In this document: positions 46,709 to 56,001 of the stretch, in pieces
How the letters are laid out: each line of letters begins with the position of its first letter
How positions within the stretch are numbered: position 1 is the stretch's first letter
IMG/VR virus record: IMGVR_UViG_2795385816_000003
Coordinates: 7,520 to 71,519 of that record
Source of the DNA: a virus
Taxonomy: Duplodnaviria; Heunggongvirae; Uroviricota; Caudoviricetes
Direction: 5' to 3' (one strand)
DNA: 64,000 bases
Notes under the pieces: model-generated
Seen by the model: only the letters and a program-made list of their open reading frames with translations
What the model was told of the DNA's origin: nothing
The model's database searches: none
Position numbers and translations under genes: made by a program

Positions 46709-46984
46709 GTGAGCTACGGACTGGAATGGCAGCCGCAGGGTGTGCGGAACACCTTGGCCACCAACAACATTGAGACTGTCGCTGAACTAGCGAGATTCCT
46801 TGGCGTCGGATCATCGACCGTCTATGACGCGTTCGACCGCAACTGGGCGGGACGGGCGACGCCGACGCTGATCGATGCCATGTGCCAGAAGTTCGGCATT
46901 CCCATGAGCCAGATCGTCGTCGAACCGATGACAAAGGCCCGGCCGAAGCAGATCCGGGCACGGCGGGCGGTGGCTGTCGTATGA
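46709..46984 (+). CDS. Cro-like HTH protein
   Basis: IETVAELARFLGVGSSTVYDAFDRN. Confidence 0.45.
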   Translation: MSYGLEWQPQGVRNTLATNNIETVAELARFLGVGSSTVYDAFDRNWAGRATPTLIDAMCQKFGIPMSQIVVEPMTKARPKQIRARRAVAVV

Positions 46985-47271
46985 GCGCGCGCATTGAGAC
47001 GTACTCATTGGCGCAGGTTGTGGCCGACGTGCTGCCCGAGGAATGGACAGATGGTGAGCGCTGGTTGCGGCGACGACTGAATCGCGGCGAGATCGAGGGC
47101 TACAAGGTCGGCCGTGAGTGGCGGTTCACGAAGGCCCAAGTTGATGCGCTGATCGCGCACTTCACCAATGCCAAAACGGATGTGGCCGCGCCCGAGGAAG
47201 ATACCGAGTCCGAGGCGCCGCTGGCACTCGGTCTCTCCGCGCGATCACGGCGACGGCTGGTGAACGCATGA
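46981..47271 (+). CDS. excisionase-family HTH (HTH_17-like) protein
   Basis: YSLAQVVADVLPEEW...EIEGYKVGREWRFTKAQVDALI. Confidence 0.5.
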   Translation: MSARIETYSLAQVVADVLPEEWTDGERWLRRRLNRGEIEGYKVGREWRFTKAQVDALIAHFTNAKTDVAAPEEDTESEAPLALGLSARSRRRLVNA

Positions 47272-47645
47272 CCGCCCGCCCGGAAACGCTCGAGGCAGCA
47301 TTGGCGGAACTCGGCCGCGTGAGTGCTGACCGCGATCGGCTGCTGCAGAAGTTGGACGCCGAGCCGGATTCAAAGAAGCTCATCCGCGACCTTGCAGACC
47401 TGATTCGGAGCCATTACAACGCCGCCAGTACCAGTGGTCAGCGTGCCCTGGTCCTGAATCTTGGGCAACTGCTGCGGCAGTCCGGCGCGCTGGTCGATGC
47501 GTTGACGACTGAGCTGCAGCACTACGTATCCGCCGAGTGCGCGGCGCGCGATGAGCGTGACGAGCTGCAGGAGCGGGTCGCGGACCTTTCCGACGAGGTG
47601 GCGTATCTGCGGACGCGCGAGTGCGCAAGGTCGGTGATCATGTGA
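47268..47645 (+). CDS. hypothetical coiled-coil protein
   Basis: 125-aa ORF. Confidence 0.3.
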   Translation: MTARPETLEAALAELGRVSADRDRLLQKLDAEPDSKKLIRDLADLIRSHYNAASTSGQRALVLNLGQLLRQSGALVDALTTELQHYVSAECAARDERDELQERVADLSDEVAYLRTRECARSVIM

Positions 47646-47911
47646 TCGCCGCCGATAGCGCACTGGGAATCGGGTTTGGGCTGGCCGCTGAGTTCCTGCG
47701 TGGCGCAGCGGCTTCCGTCGCGACGGTATGCCAGCGATTGACTGATCAGCGAAAAGACCCCGCCGGGGTGGAGGTGTCGCGCGGCGACCTTGAGTCGCAC
47801 ATCTACTCCAGCCTGGCTGGGCCGGGTGGGCTGACTTCCTCCGTCGCCGAGGCATTCGCGGAATGTGTCGCCGCTGACCTGCTGGATGAGTACCGCATCA
47901 GCAAGAAGTAA
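47642..47911 (+). CDS. hypothetical protein
   Basis: GTG start overlapping upstream stop; alternative ATG at 47621. Confidence 0.25.
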   Translation: MIAADSALGIGFGLAAEFLRGAAASVATVCQRLTDQRKDPAGVEVSRGDLESHIYSSLAGPGGLTSSVAEAFAECVAADLLDEYRISKK

Positions 47912-47941
47912 GCCCCGCTGCTGGAACAGCGGGGCCAGGCA

Positions 47942-48253
47942 ATGGATCACAACGACGAAAGGAACCCAATGCCAACCATGGAGTCTACCCACGAGATCAA
48001 GGAACGCGAGGACGGCGCACTGGTCGCGTACGTCGAGCGGGCGCTGGGACCGAGTCAGGTGGGTGTTGCGTTGCCGCACCCGGCCGGTGATGGACGGCTG
48101 ATGATCCTGTGGGACGAGCAGGCCCAGAGTGTGGAATTCACGGCGCACGCTGCCGGTTCACGTTGCGACGAGAAGGTGCGGGAAGCCGCCCGCCAGCTGC
48201 TCGAATTTCACGCTGCAATCATCGCGCGTCTTGTTGCGGCGGTGGAGAAGTGA
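47942..48253 (+). CDS. hypothetical protein
   Basis: 103-aa ORF. Confidence 0.3.
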   Translation: MDHNDERNPMPTMESTHEIKEREDGALVAYVERALGPSQVGVALPHPAGDGRLMILWDEQAQSVEFTAHAAGSRCDEKVREAARQLLEFHAAIIARLVAAVEK

Positions 48254-48639
48254 GCGCCACGGCAGTGCGGCGCGTTCTGATCGGGATGCTCACGGGCGCG
48301 GTGCTGGCAATGGCTGCGGTCGGGTACGCCCAGCGCGCGCATGCCGCACCGAACGACGGCTGCGAGACAGTGAGCTGGGGCATGTTCGGCAGCCAGTTGC
48401 GAACGATCTGCGACGGCCCGAAACGTCCTGACGGCAGCTGGATTCGGGAGCGCCGGATTTGGACGGCCGCCGGATGGGTGCGGGGCAGCACCTACTGCGG
48501 CTACTACTCGTGCACTCGCAGCGAGGGCTACTACCGCCAGGAAAGCACGCAGGGCTACGAGAAGTACCTGGTGTTCGACTACAACGTGGTTCCCGGTGAG
48601 CCGGATTGGCTGCCGGCTGGAACGGTGGTCGTCCGGTGA
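48250..48639 (+). CDS. secreted/exported Cys-containing protein (signal peptide)
   Basis: VSATAVRRVLIGMLTGAVLAMAAVGYAQRAHAAPNDG... signal-like N-terminus, 6 Cys. Confidence 0.35.
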   Translation: MSATAVRRVLIGMLTGAVLAMAAVGYAQRAHAAPNDGCETVSWGMFGSQLRTICDGPKRPDGSWIRERRIWTAAGWVRGSTYCGYYSCTRSEGYYRQESTQGYEKYLVFDYNVVPGEPDWLPAGTVVVR

Positions 48640-48893
48640 CGGCGCTGCAGCCGGTTTGGACACCGGACGATTTCGATGACACCTGCGCTGCGGTGGCTCT
48701 GCAGGAGCCGGTGATGCTGCCGGTGCAGAACCGGGCGCAACTGCTGGACAAGGTGTTGGCGGAGCTGCAGATCGAGGTCGAGCGCCCCTCTGTGGTGCCG
48801 CCCGCGACCAGGGGACGTCGGTACCGAGGGCAGCACCGCGCCAACAAGTTCCGCCTGACCGTTGCGGATCTTCGGGACGGCGGTGCCCGATGA
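48636..48893 (+). CDS. hypothetical protein
   Basis: GTG start overlapping upstream stop. Confidence 0.25.
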   Translation: MTALQPVWTPDDFDDTCAAVALQEPVMLPVQNRAQLLDKVLAELQIEVERPSVVPPATRGRRYRGQHRANKFRLTVADLRDGGAR

Positions 48894-49177
48894 GCGGGGA
48901 ACCTATTGGCGAGGTTGAACTCAGCAGCGGCGCCGTCTACGTCTGGGTCAGCTTGGACTCGGGCAAGACGATCATGCGTATCAGCGACCGGCATGGCCGA
49001 AGTGATGCCGGGGCAATGAGGCCGGACGAGATCGCGCAAGTCGTTGAGCTGCTGGAGCGGGCTCGGCAGGTTGCGCCTGCAATCCTGGCCGCTCACAAGG
49101 TGCGCCAGCGCGCCGTCATGACTGCCGAAGCCACGTACGAGCGGATCGTGGCGAGAGCAGTAGGCGGTGCTCGGTGA
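48890..49177 (+). CDS. hypothetical protein
   Basis: 95-aa ORF. Confidence 0.25.
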   Translation: MSGEPIGEVELSSGAVYVWVSLDSGKTIMRISDRHGRSDAGAMRPDEIAQVVELLERARQVAPAILAAHKVRQRAVMTAEATYERIVARAVGGAR

Positions 49178-49446
49178 GGCGGCCAGGGGTGGATCAGTCG
49201 TACGAAACCGACCTCGATCGTGTGGCTGAGGATGCGCTCGACCTTGTCGAAAGGCTTCGTGAGGACGATCCACGCCGGGTGTTTGAGCAGCTTCGGCTCC
49301 TGGCAGAGCTGCACCCGGCCAAGTATGCGCAGATCACTATGACGCTCGCGGCGTTCGTCAATCCCGACGAGGGCACGGTTGCGTTACAGCGCCGGGTCGA
49401 CGCCATCGCAGAAAACCGCGCTCGCCTCTCGGTGTTGGCGTCATGA
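49174..49446 (+). CDS. hypothetical protein
   Basis: 90-aa ORF. Confidence 0.25.
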   Translation: MRRPGVDQSYETDLDRVAEDALDLVERLREDDPRRVFEQLRLLAELHPAKYAQITMTLAAFVNPDEGTVALQRRVDAIAENRARLSVLAS

Positions 49447-49628
49447 CGCGCGCACTGGCGGTCGCCGCCTGGGTGTTCGGGCTGGTGGCGTGGGCCGCAC
49501 TCGTCATGTTCTGCATCGAACTGTTTGCGGTCGCCCTGTTGCTTTGCGCCGCATCGATCTTGCTGTGGGGTCTCCGGCTTTACCCGGACCCTGCCGACCG
49601 ATCAGAAGAGACAGGGGTGAACCGGTGA
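49443..49628 (+). CDS. small membrane protein
   Basis: 61 aa with two hydrophobic helices. Confidence 0.25.
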   Translation: MTRALAVAAWVFGLVAWAALVMFCIELFAVALLLCAASILLWGLRLYPDPADRSEETGVNR

Positions 49629-49780
49629 TGGCGTACGAGTACGAGGCCGAGGAGTGGCGCGCTGCCACGCACACGATGACGGAAATGGAGCGCGCCGCAG
49701 CGGATGTCGCGCGGCGCGGAGCGCTCGGCATGGCCGGTGACCGCACGGACGCTCTCGACGAAGTGGGGAGCTACCAGTGA
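49628..49780 (+). CDS. small hypothetical protein
   Basis: MAYEYEAEEWRAATH..., coupled to neighbours. Confidence 0.2.
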   Translation: MAYEYEAEEWRAATHTMTEMERAAADVARRGALGMAGDRTDALDEVGSYQ

Positions 49781-50784
49781 CCGATACTCCTTTTTGGGCC
49801 AACTATGCCGAGCTGGCTGGTGACTACAAGGATCGTGACGAGTGGCTTGAGTTGCGGCGCACTGGTATCGGTTCGTCGGACTGCTCAGCAGTTCTTGGGA
49901 TGGGCAAGTACGGTTCGCCGTTCTCCGTGTGGGTGGAGAAGACAGGCCGAGCCCGCCCGGAGGACGAGACCGAGGCGATGATGTGGGGCACGCTGCTGGA
50001 GCCCGTGATCCGCGAGGAGCTGGCCCGCCGCCTCAACGTGGAAATCCTTGAGTGCAAGACGCTGCGGTCGCTGGTGCGGCCCTGGCAGCTGTACAACCCG
50101 GACGGTCTGATCCTCTCGCTCAACGCCCTCGTAGAGATCAAAAATGCGTCGGCATGGCTGGCATCTGACTGGGAAGACCAGGTGCCAGATCACGCGGAAC
50201 TGCAGGTGCAGCACGGGATGGCGGTCACGGGCGCTGACGGGGCTTACGTGGCCGGCCTGGTGGGTGGAAATCGGTTGCGCTGGGAGTACATCCCGCGTGA
50301 CGAGGACCTGATCGCCACGATCAATCAGGCCGAGCAGCACCTATGGGAGACATACATCATCCCCGATGTCGCACCCCCGATCGACGGCTCGGACGCAACC
50401 GCGGAGGCCATCGCCGCACGCTGGCCGCGGCAGCCGGGAGTGGAGCTAATCGCAGAAGACCCCGCCTCGGTGGCCGATGCCGTCTCGGCCTATCGCTGCG
50501 CCCTCACGCAGGAGAAGGCGTCGAAGGTGGCCAAAGCAGAAGCGGTGAACCGGTTAGCCGCGCTGCTGCAGGGCGCTGACGTGCTCACAGATGAGGTGGG
50601 CAACAAGTTGGTTGCACTCAAACGAGGCCAGTTCCGAGAGAAGGAATTCCGCGCTGAGGAGCCTGACGCGGACCTGTGGCTCCACAAGGTCGAGGTCGTC
50701 GACCGTGACCTCCTCAAGTCCGAAAACCCCGAGCTATATCGGCGTTTTCAATCCACATCCATCTACATACCGAAAGGGAAATAA
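49777..50784 (+). CDS. RecE/YqaJ-type viral recombination exonuclease
   Basis: GIGSSDCSAVLGMGKYGSPFSVWVEKTG... lambda-exo/YqaJ-like N-terminal signature; immediately upstream of RecT. Confidence 0.55.
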   Translation: MTDTPFWANYAELAGDYKDRDEWLELRRTGIGSSDCSAVLGMGKYGSPFSVWVEKTGRARPEDETEAMMWGTLLEPVIREELARRLNVEILECKTLRSLVRPWQLYNPDGLILSLNALVEIKNASAWLASDWEDQVPDHAELQVQHGMAVTGADGAYVAGLVGGNRLRWEYIPRDEDLIATINQAEQHLWETYIIPDVAPPIDGSDATAEAIAARWPRQPGVELIAEDPASVADAVSAYRCALTQEKASKVAKAEAVNRLAALLQGADVLTDEVGNKLVALKRGQFREKEFRAEEPDADLWLHKVEVVDRDLLKSENPELYRRFQSTSIYIPKGK

Positions 50785-50789
50785 CCACC

Positions 50790-51842
50790 ATGGCAAGAGA
50801 TCTGGCACGACGCGCACAACAGTCGGTCGCCCAGCAGGGTGGCGGAGAGTCGCTACAGACCCAGCTCGCGAAGATGGAGACGCAGTTTCAGCGGGCCATG
50901 CCGCGAGGAGTGGAAGCCGTACAGCTGATCCGCGACGTGATGACGTGTGTGAAGCAGACTCCGAAGCTGGCGGAGTGCGACCCGGTATCGGTGTTGGGAT
51001 CGGCGATGACATGCGCACAGCTAGGTTTGCGTCCGGGTGTGGGCGCATTGGGCCACGCGTGGATTTTGCCATTCTGGGACAGCAAGACTCGCGGCCAAAA
51101 GGCCCAACTGATCATCGGCTACAAGGGCTATGTCGAGCTCGGTCACCGCTCCGAGCAGATCGCCTCACTGCACTCGCGGATTGTGTACAGCAACGATCAG
51201 TTCGAGGTCGAATACGGTGCGGCCGAGGATAAATGGGTGCACCGCCCGAACCTGGACGGCCCGCGTGGTGATGCCCGCCTGTTCTACGCGGTTGGTCGTC
51301 TAGCCAACGGCGGTTACTCGCTGACCGATCCGATGACGGTCGCGGACATGGAGGAACATCGAGACAAGTTCGCCATGGCCAAGACCCGCGAAGGCAAGAT
51401 CATCGGTCCGTGGTCGGATCATTTCGACGCCATGGGCAAAAAGACGATGCTGTTGCGGCTGATGGCGTTGATGCCGAAGTCGACGGAGATTCAGCGGGCC
51501 ATCGACAACGACGGCAGTGTGCGCCTGGATCTTTCTGAGGGTGCGATCGACAGCCCGACCCATATCGACGGTGAGGTTGTCGGTGAGCCGGTGGACGAAC
51601 CGACACCCGAGCGGGAGTCAATCGATGTTCGCGGCCCAGTCGAGGACGTCCTGATGGCGACGGGTCAGCAGCTGACTCGGTTGGCGCAGATCCGGAAAGA
51701 GCAGGGCTTCGGCGGTGACGATTCCGGCTGGTTCGACTACGTGCTGTCGGCTACCCAGGCGCGGGTCAGCCGGGATCAGGACCTCACGCATGAGCAGGCC
51801 CAATCGTTGATCGGCATGTTCGACGAGGACGCGGCGAAGTGA
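50790..51842 (+). CDS. recT: RecT-family ssDNA annealing protein
   Basis: 350 aa; conserved RecT core (AMTCAQLGLRPG...AWILPF...GYKGYVELGHRS). Confidence 0.6.
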   Translation: MARDLARRAQQSVAQQGGGESLQTQLAKMETQFQRAMPRGVEAVQLIRDVMTCVKQTPKLAECDPVSVLGSAMTCAQLGLRPGVGALGHAWILPFWDSKTRGQKAQLIIGYKGYVELGHRSEQIASLHSRIVYSNDQFEVEYGAAEDKWVHRPNLDGPRGDARLFYAVGRLANGGYSLTDPMTVADMEEHRDKFAMAKTREGKIIGPWSDHFDAMGKKTMLLRLMALMPKSTEIQRAIDNDGSVRLDLSEGAIDSPTHIDGEVVGEPVDEPTPERESIDVRGPVEDVLMATGQQLTRLAQIRKEQGFGGDDSGWFDYVLSATQARVSRDQDLTHEQAQSLIGMFDEDAAK

Positions 51843-52234
51843 GCGCGACATTCACCGCGGTCGATACCTACACCGTCATTCACTGTGGCCATGAGGGTTG
51901 CGGAGTTCCGTTCGCGCTCAATGACGAATTTATCCGCCAGCGCCGGGAGGACCACAGGACCTGGTATTGCCCGAACGGACACAGCCGGTACTACCCGCAG
52001 AAGAACGAGACCGAGGAAGCGAAAGCCAGGGCTGCCATGTTGGAGCGCCAACTCGCCAACCGGGATGAGGATCTGCGCGCAGCGAAAGCGGCGCACGCGG
52101 TCACAAAGGGCAAGTTGACCAAGACGCGCAACCGCATCGCGAAGGGCGTATGCCCCTGCTGCAATCGGTCTTTCGCCAACCTGCAGCGCCACATGGCAGG
52201 CCAGCACCCCGGCTTTACGGACGCGAAGCAGTGA
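51839..52234 (+). CDS. zinc-finger/coiled-coil protein
   Basis: HCGHEGC...CPNGH, CPCCNRS. Confidence 0.3.
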   Translation: MSATFTAVDTYTVIHCGHEGCGVPFALNDEFIRQRREDHRTWYCPNGHSRYYPQKNETEEAKARAAMLERQLANRDEDLRAAKAAHAVTKGKLTKTRNRIAKGVCPCCNRSFANLQRHMAGQHPGFTDAKQ

Positions 52235-52353
52235 GCGCACCCGCATTGCCTCCCGAGCCGCTGATCAACCGGAAGCAGCTCGGGAACTAGAGCACGAAAT
52301 CCGCACTGCCACCGGCAATCGTCGGTAGCCATCTCATCTTTGGAAGGCAATCC

Positions 52354-53415
52354 ATGAGCATCACAGTTCCAACCAACAAGCTGATCGACGTACTGACCGA
52401 CGCGTTGGCGACAGCCAACAACACCTTCGGTGGAGTGCACATCGCCACCACCCGCGGGCCCTGGCGGGAAGAACCCGGCGACGTGGACCTGCTGGCCGCG
52501 ACGTCGACTACGAAGTTTGTCTTCGGGCACACGTGGATTCCGATCGACGGACGCATTGACCCGATGGTGTGGCCCTGTGAATCGGTCGTTAACGTGCTGG
52601 CGCTGTGCAAGTCCTGGGCCAAGAGCAAGGGCGATCAGCACACCGTCGACATCCACCTGGTGTTGGCCGATCCGCCGGAGAACAAGAAGGACGACGAGCA
52701 CCCAGGTTGGACCGTGACGCTGTCGGAGTCGCCTGCACTTTTTGGCTCGGACAACGAGTTTCAGTTCCACGCACATCACGAGTCGCGGTTCCCGACGAGC
52801 ATCGTGCAGCGCCTGCGGACTGGTGATTTCCTGACCAAGGAGGACTACGAAGAGGTTCCGCTCACGCTGTGGTCGGCGGGGGTCTTGGCCTCGCTGGTGG
52901 CGGTGGCGAAGCGCCGCAAGATGCAGATCCAGATGTTCCGGTCGTCGAAGCGGCTGGTGCAGACCGTCCAGATCGGCGACACGTGGATCGGCCTTGCCAC
53001 CCCGGGCTCGTATGTGGAGGGGTTCACGACCGACGGGCCGAGCATCGAGCCGGTCCTCGGACAGGACGATAACGGCGCGAGTGTGGCTGCTGATCTGCTG
53101 CGCCACGGGGCTGGGTTGTTCCTGGCGCACAGCGACTCCGATCCGGACGACGACACCGAGCAGCTGGAGATCGACGGCGAGAACCTGCTGCGCCAGGCGG
53201 TGGAACTGGTGGTCACCACCAACTTCGGATCCACGTCCATGCTGCAGCGCAAGCTCAAGATCGGATTCGCCAGAGCTGCCGGTCTCCTCGACGAAATGGC
53301 TGCGGTCGGGATCGTCGGGCCGGCCGAGGGCAGCAAGGCGCGTGTGGTGAGGTTCGCGCCGGAGCAACTGGCGGACGCGCTCGCCGCGATCGCTCCGACA
53401 GCCGGTGAGCAGTGA
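52354..53415 (+). CDS. FtsK-gamma (winged-helix) domain DNA-binding protein
   Basis: C-terminal [46 protein letters not shown] matches FtsK gamma domain; no Walker A. Confidence 0.45.
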   Translation: MSITVPTNKLIDVLTDALATANNTFGGVHIATTRGPWREEPGDVDLLAATSTTKFVFGHTWIPIDGRIDPMVWPCESVVNVLALCKSWAKSKGDQHTVDIHLVLADPPENKKDDEHPGWTVTLSESPALFGSDNEFQFHAHHESRFPTSIVQRLRTGDFLTKEDYEEVPLTLWSAGVLASLVAVAKRRKMQIQMFRSSKRLVQTVQIGDTWIGLATPGSYVEGFTTDGPSIEPVLGQDDNGASVAADLLRHGAGLFLAHSDSDPDDDTEQLEIDGENLLRQAVELVVTTNFGSTSMLQRKLKIGFARAAGLLDEMAAVGIVGPAEGSKARVVRFAPEQLADALAAIAPTAGEQ

Positions 53416-53843
53416 CGACGCCGACGCTGCTGGATGCCTCGGACGCGGTGTTCTTCGTCCCGGGTAAGCCCGCCCCGCAGGGCAGCAAGAGACATGTCGG
53501 TCGAGGGGTCCTCGTCGAATCGTCGAAAGAGGTTGGCCCGTGGCGCGAACGGGTCGCGCTGGTGGCGCACGGGGCGATGGCGGGCAGGCCGATGTTCGAC
53601 GGGCCGGTGTCGGTCACGCTGCAATTCGTCCTGCCCAGGCCGAAATCCGCGCCCAAGACCCGGACGCCGGCGGCGACCAAGCGGCCCGACCTCGACAAAC
53701 TGGAACGCGCGATCCTCGACGCCCTCACAGATGTGTGTTTCTCCGACGACTCGCAGGTGGTGAGCCTGTCCGGCTACAAGCGGATAGCCGAGCTGGGGGA
53801 GACGGCCGGCGTCGAGGTCCGCGTAGAGGGCTTCGGATTATGA
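53412..53843 (+). CDS. rusA: RusA-family Holliday junction resolvase
   Basis: 143 aa; [25 protein letters not shown] catalytic Asp region. Confidence 0.55.
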   Translation: MTTPTLLDASDAVFFVPGKPAPQGSKRHVGRGVLVESSKEVGPWRERVALVAHGAMAGRPMFDGPVSVTLQFVLPRPKSAPKTRTPAATKRPDLDKLERAILDALTDVCFSDDSQVVSLSGYKRIAELGETAGVEVRVEGFGL

Positions 53844-54085
53844 GCCTGAGGTGGCGCGGACACAGCGAGATCATCGGTGCCCTTGTCGCGGTCGGGCTGC
53901 GCGGCACCTACATGGTTCAGAGCGTCGGCCGCGAATGGGTCCTGCAGGGTGTTGGGCACGACGGCCTGCCCATGCTGGCATTGCCCGCGGAGGGTAAGGC
54001 GTTCGCCGCGTTGCATACCGCGCAGCTGTACGCCATCGAGCTCGAGCGCAAGGGTGCCGTCGAATCCCAGGCGAGTGGGTGCTGA
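53840..54085 (+). CDS. hypothetical protein
   Basis: 81 aa, ATGA overlap with rusA. Confidence 0.25.
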   Translation: MSLRWRGHSEIIGALVAVGLRGTYMVQSVGREWVLQGVGHDGLPMLALPAEGKAFAALHTAQLYAIELERKGAVESQASGC

Positions 54086-54363
54086 CGATGAGCGTTCACT
54101 CAACGGGCGCCGATGCCGAGCCCGCCCGTTACGACGGCGGCATGAGGAACGTGCTGGAAGCGATCGACCGCGGCGCAGTGCTCGGCATCCTCGGCGCAGC
54201 CGACACCGCGCTGGCCACCAAGCAGCTCGCCGAGCGACAGGGAAAGGCGCTTGAGGAGATTCGCGGAGTGGCTGAGTACTGGCGAGATAACCCGCACTTT
54301 GGTCTAGAGATTCAGCAAGGCGCACGCCGAATCCTTCGCGCGATCGACGAGGCAGGTGCGTGA
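54079..54363 (+). CDS. hypothetical protein
   Basis: 94-aa ORF. Confidence 0.25.
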   Translation: MLTMSVHSTGADAEPARYDGGMRNVLEAIDRGAVLGILGAADTALATKQLAERQGKALEEIRGVAEYWRDNPHFGLEIQQGARRILRAIDEAGA

Positions 54364-55610
54364 TGCTGGCACCCAGGATCGGATCACTCTTCTCCGGCGC
54401 CGGTGGCCTCGACCTGGCCGTTGAGCATGTCGCTGGCGGCCGCACGGTGTGGCATTGCGAGGCCGACCCGGATGCCTCGAGAGTGCTTGCCGCCCATTGG
54501 CCGGGCGTGCCGAACCTCGGAGACATCACCGCCGTTGATTGGTCGGCAGTCGAGCCCGTAGACGTGCTGTGCGGCGGGTTTCCTTGCCAGGACGTGTCCG
54601 CGGCGGGCCGTCGCGCCGGTATCGCATCGGGCACAAGGTCGGGGCTCTGGCTGGAGTACGCCGAGGCAATCAATCAACTGCGACCACGACTGGTGGTCAT
54701 CGAGAACGTCAGGGGGCTACTCAGTGGCTACGCCCATCGCGCAATGGAACCCGGCCCGGATGATCTGGGAGACCGATCAAGCCGACCTCTTCTGCGAGCA
54801 GCGGGAGCCGTACTCGGAGACCTGGCCGACCTCGGGTACGACGCGCAATGGACAACTGTTGCCGCTTCCGAAGTCGGGGCACCGCACCGCCGCGAACGGG
54901 TCTTCATTGTTGCCCACCCCGCGGGCAGCGGCCGACCGAACCAGCAGAAGCGCGGCAATGCGCCGAGATTCGATGTCATCGCCGAGCCTGGCGCAGGCGA
55001 TCGAGATAGCGCGCGGGGAGCTACCGCGGGAATTCACCAGCTGGAACGAAGTGCCCGCGAGCTGGCAGCCGTAGATCTATTGCCGACTCCGACGGCCAGC
55101 CGATACGGAAGCAACCAGTCTCCGAGCCCCGGCGTAGCGGTGCGTCCAGGCCTGGACTCGATCGCAGACCTGTTGCCAACGCCTAATGCCAGTGACGCGA
55201 CCGGTGGCGGACAGACGCCCGACAAACGCGAGGGGCATTCTCGCCAGCTGATCGATTACGCACTCCTGAACGGCACGCCACAGTGGGGCAAGTATGAGCC
55301 CGCGATCAGGCGTTGGGAAGCCATCACCCGCGAGGCGCCCACACCGACGGAGCCTGGAGCCAGGGGAAATCCGCGCCTGGCCGCCGCGTTCTCTGAGTGG
55401 ATGATGGGCTGGCCGATCGGATGGGTTACACGAGTAGGCATCTCACACCCCGAGCGTCCCGGGATGCTCAAGAACGGCGTGGCACGTGACCATGCTACTG
55501 CTGCGCTGAGTCGATCCGCCATGCTGCGCATCATCGGCAACGGGGTGGTACCCCAGCAGGCGGTCGCGGCACTGCAATGGCTGCTCAGCGTTTGCGAGGT
55601 GGCCGCGTGA
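54360..55610 (+). CDS. DNA (cytosine-5) methyltransferase
   Basis: Motif I FSGAGGLDLA, motif IV GGFPCQDVS, ENV motif IENVRGL. Confidence 0.75.
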   Translation: MMLAPRIGSLFSGAGGLDLAVEHVAGGRTVWHCEADPDASRVLAAHWPGVPNLGDITAVDWSAVEPVDVLCGGFPCQDVSAAGRRAGIASGTRSGLWLEYAEAINQLRPRLVVIENVRGLLSGYAHRAMEPGPDDLGDRSSRPLLRAAGAVLGDLADLGYDAQWTTVAASEVGAPHRRERVFIVAHPAGSGRPNQQKRGNAPRFDVIAEPGAGDRDSARGATAGIHQLERSARELAAVDLLPTPTASRYGSNQSPSPGVAVRPGLDSIADLLPTPNASDATGGGQTPDKREGHSRQLIDYALLNGTPQWGKYEPAIRRWEAITREAPTPTEPGARGNPRLAAAFSEWMMGWPIGWVTRVGISHPERPGMLKNGVARDHATAALSRSAMLRIIGNGVVPQQAVAALQWLLSVCEVAA

Positions 55611-55737
55611 CCCACTTGGACAGCAGTTCGCGGATTACCTCCGACACGCCGCCGTCGCGGCCTTCAAGGTCAGCTTTGTCTTGCGCTGCGCGCCATAATT
55701 CGTCGTCGATGCGCAGGCTGCGTAGCGGGCTAGGCAT
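55585..55737 (-). CDS. ribbon-helix-helix (CopG/Arc-like) protein
   Basis: MPSPLRSLRIDDELWRAAQDKADLEGRDGGVSEVIRELLSKW; 50 aa; second gene of a two-gene minus-strand unit. Confidence 0.4.
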   Translation of the reverse strand: MPSPLRSLRIDDELWRAAQDKADLEGRDGGVSEVIRELLSKWVTRPPRKR

Positions 55738-55953
55738 TGGTTTCGAACGATTCGCCAGCGTAGATCGCAGCCCACCTACCGTCGGGTTGCGTAACAGCGA
55801 GCATGAGTCCACCTCGATTGATGGGGTGCTCAGTGATGGCACCGACGATCTTTGTGCCCGAGGCGGTTACATACGTGGCGGACGTGCCGATGAGATCGGC
55901 GCGGTAGGTGTTGTCGGTCGCCAGTTTGTACTCGTCAATCGTGATCTTCACGA
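55730..55953 (-). CDS. small protein upstream of RHH gene (toxin-like partner candidate; start uncertain)
   Basis: GTG at 55953 immediately downstream of palindrome; ORF track alternative start at 56041 would run through the palindrome and the Dam start. Confidence 0.25.
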
Positions 55954-55959
55954 GCCGAG

Positions 55960-55983
55960 TGTATATACAGCTGTATATACACG
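55960..55983. promoter_or_regulatory. 24-bp perfect palindrome GTGTATATACAGCTGTATATACAC (operator candidate)
   Basis: Perfect dyad, AT-rich, between the RHH operon start and the Dam methylase start. Confidence 0.5.
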
Positions 55984-56001
55984 TCAAGGGGTGGTTGCCT
56001 G

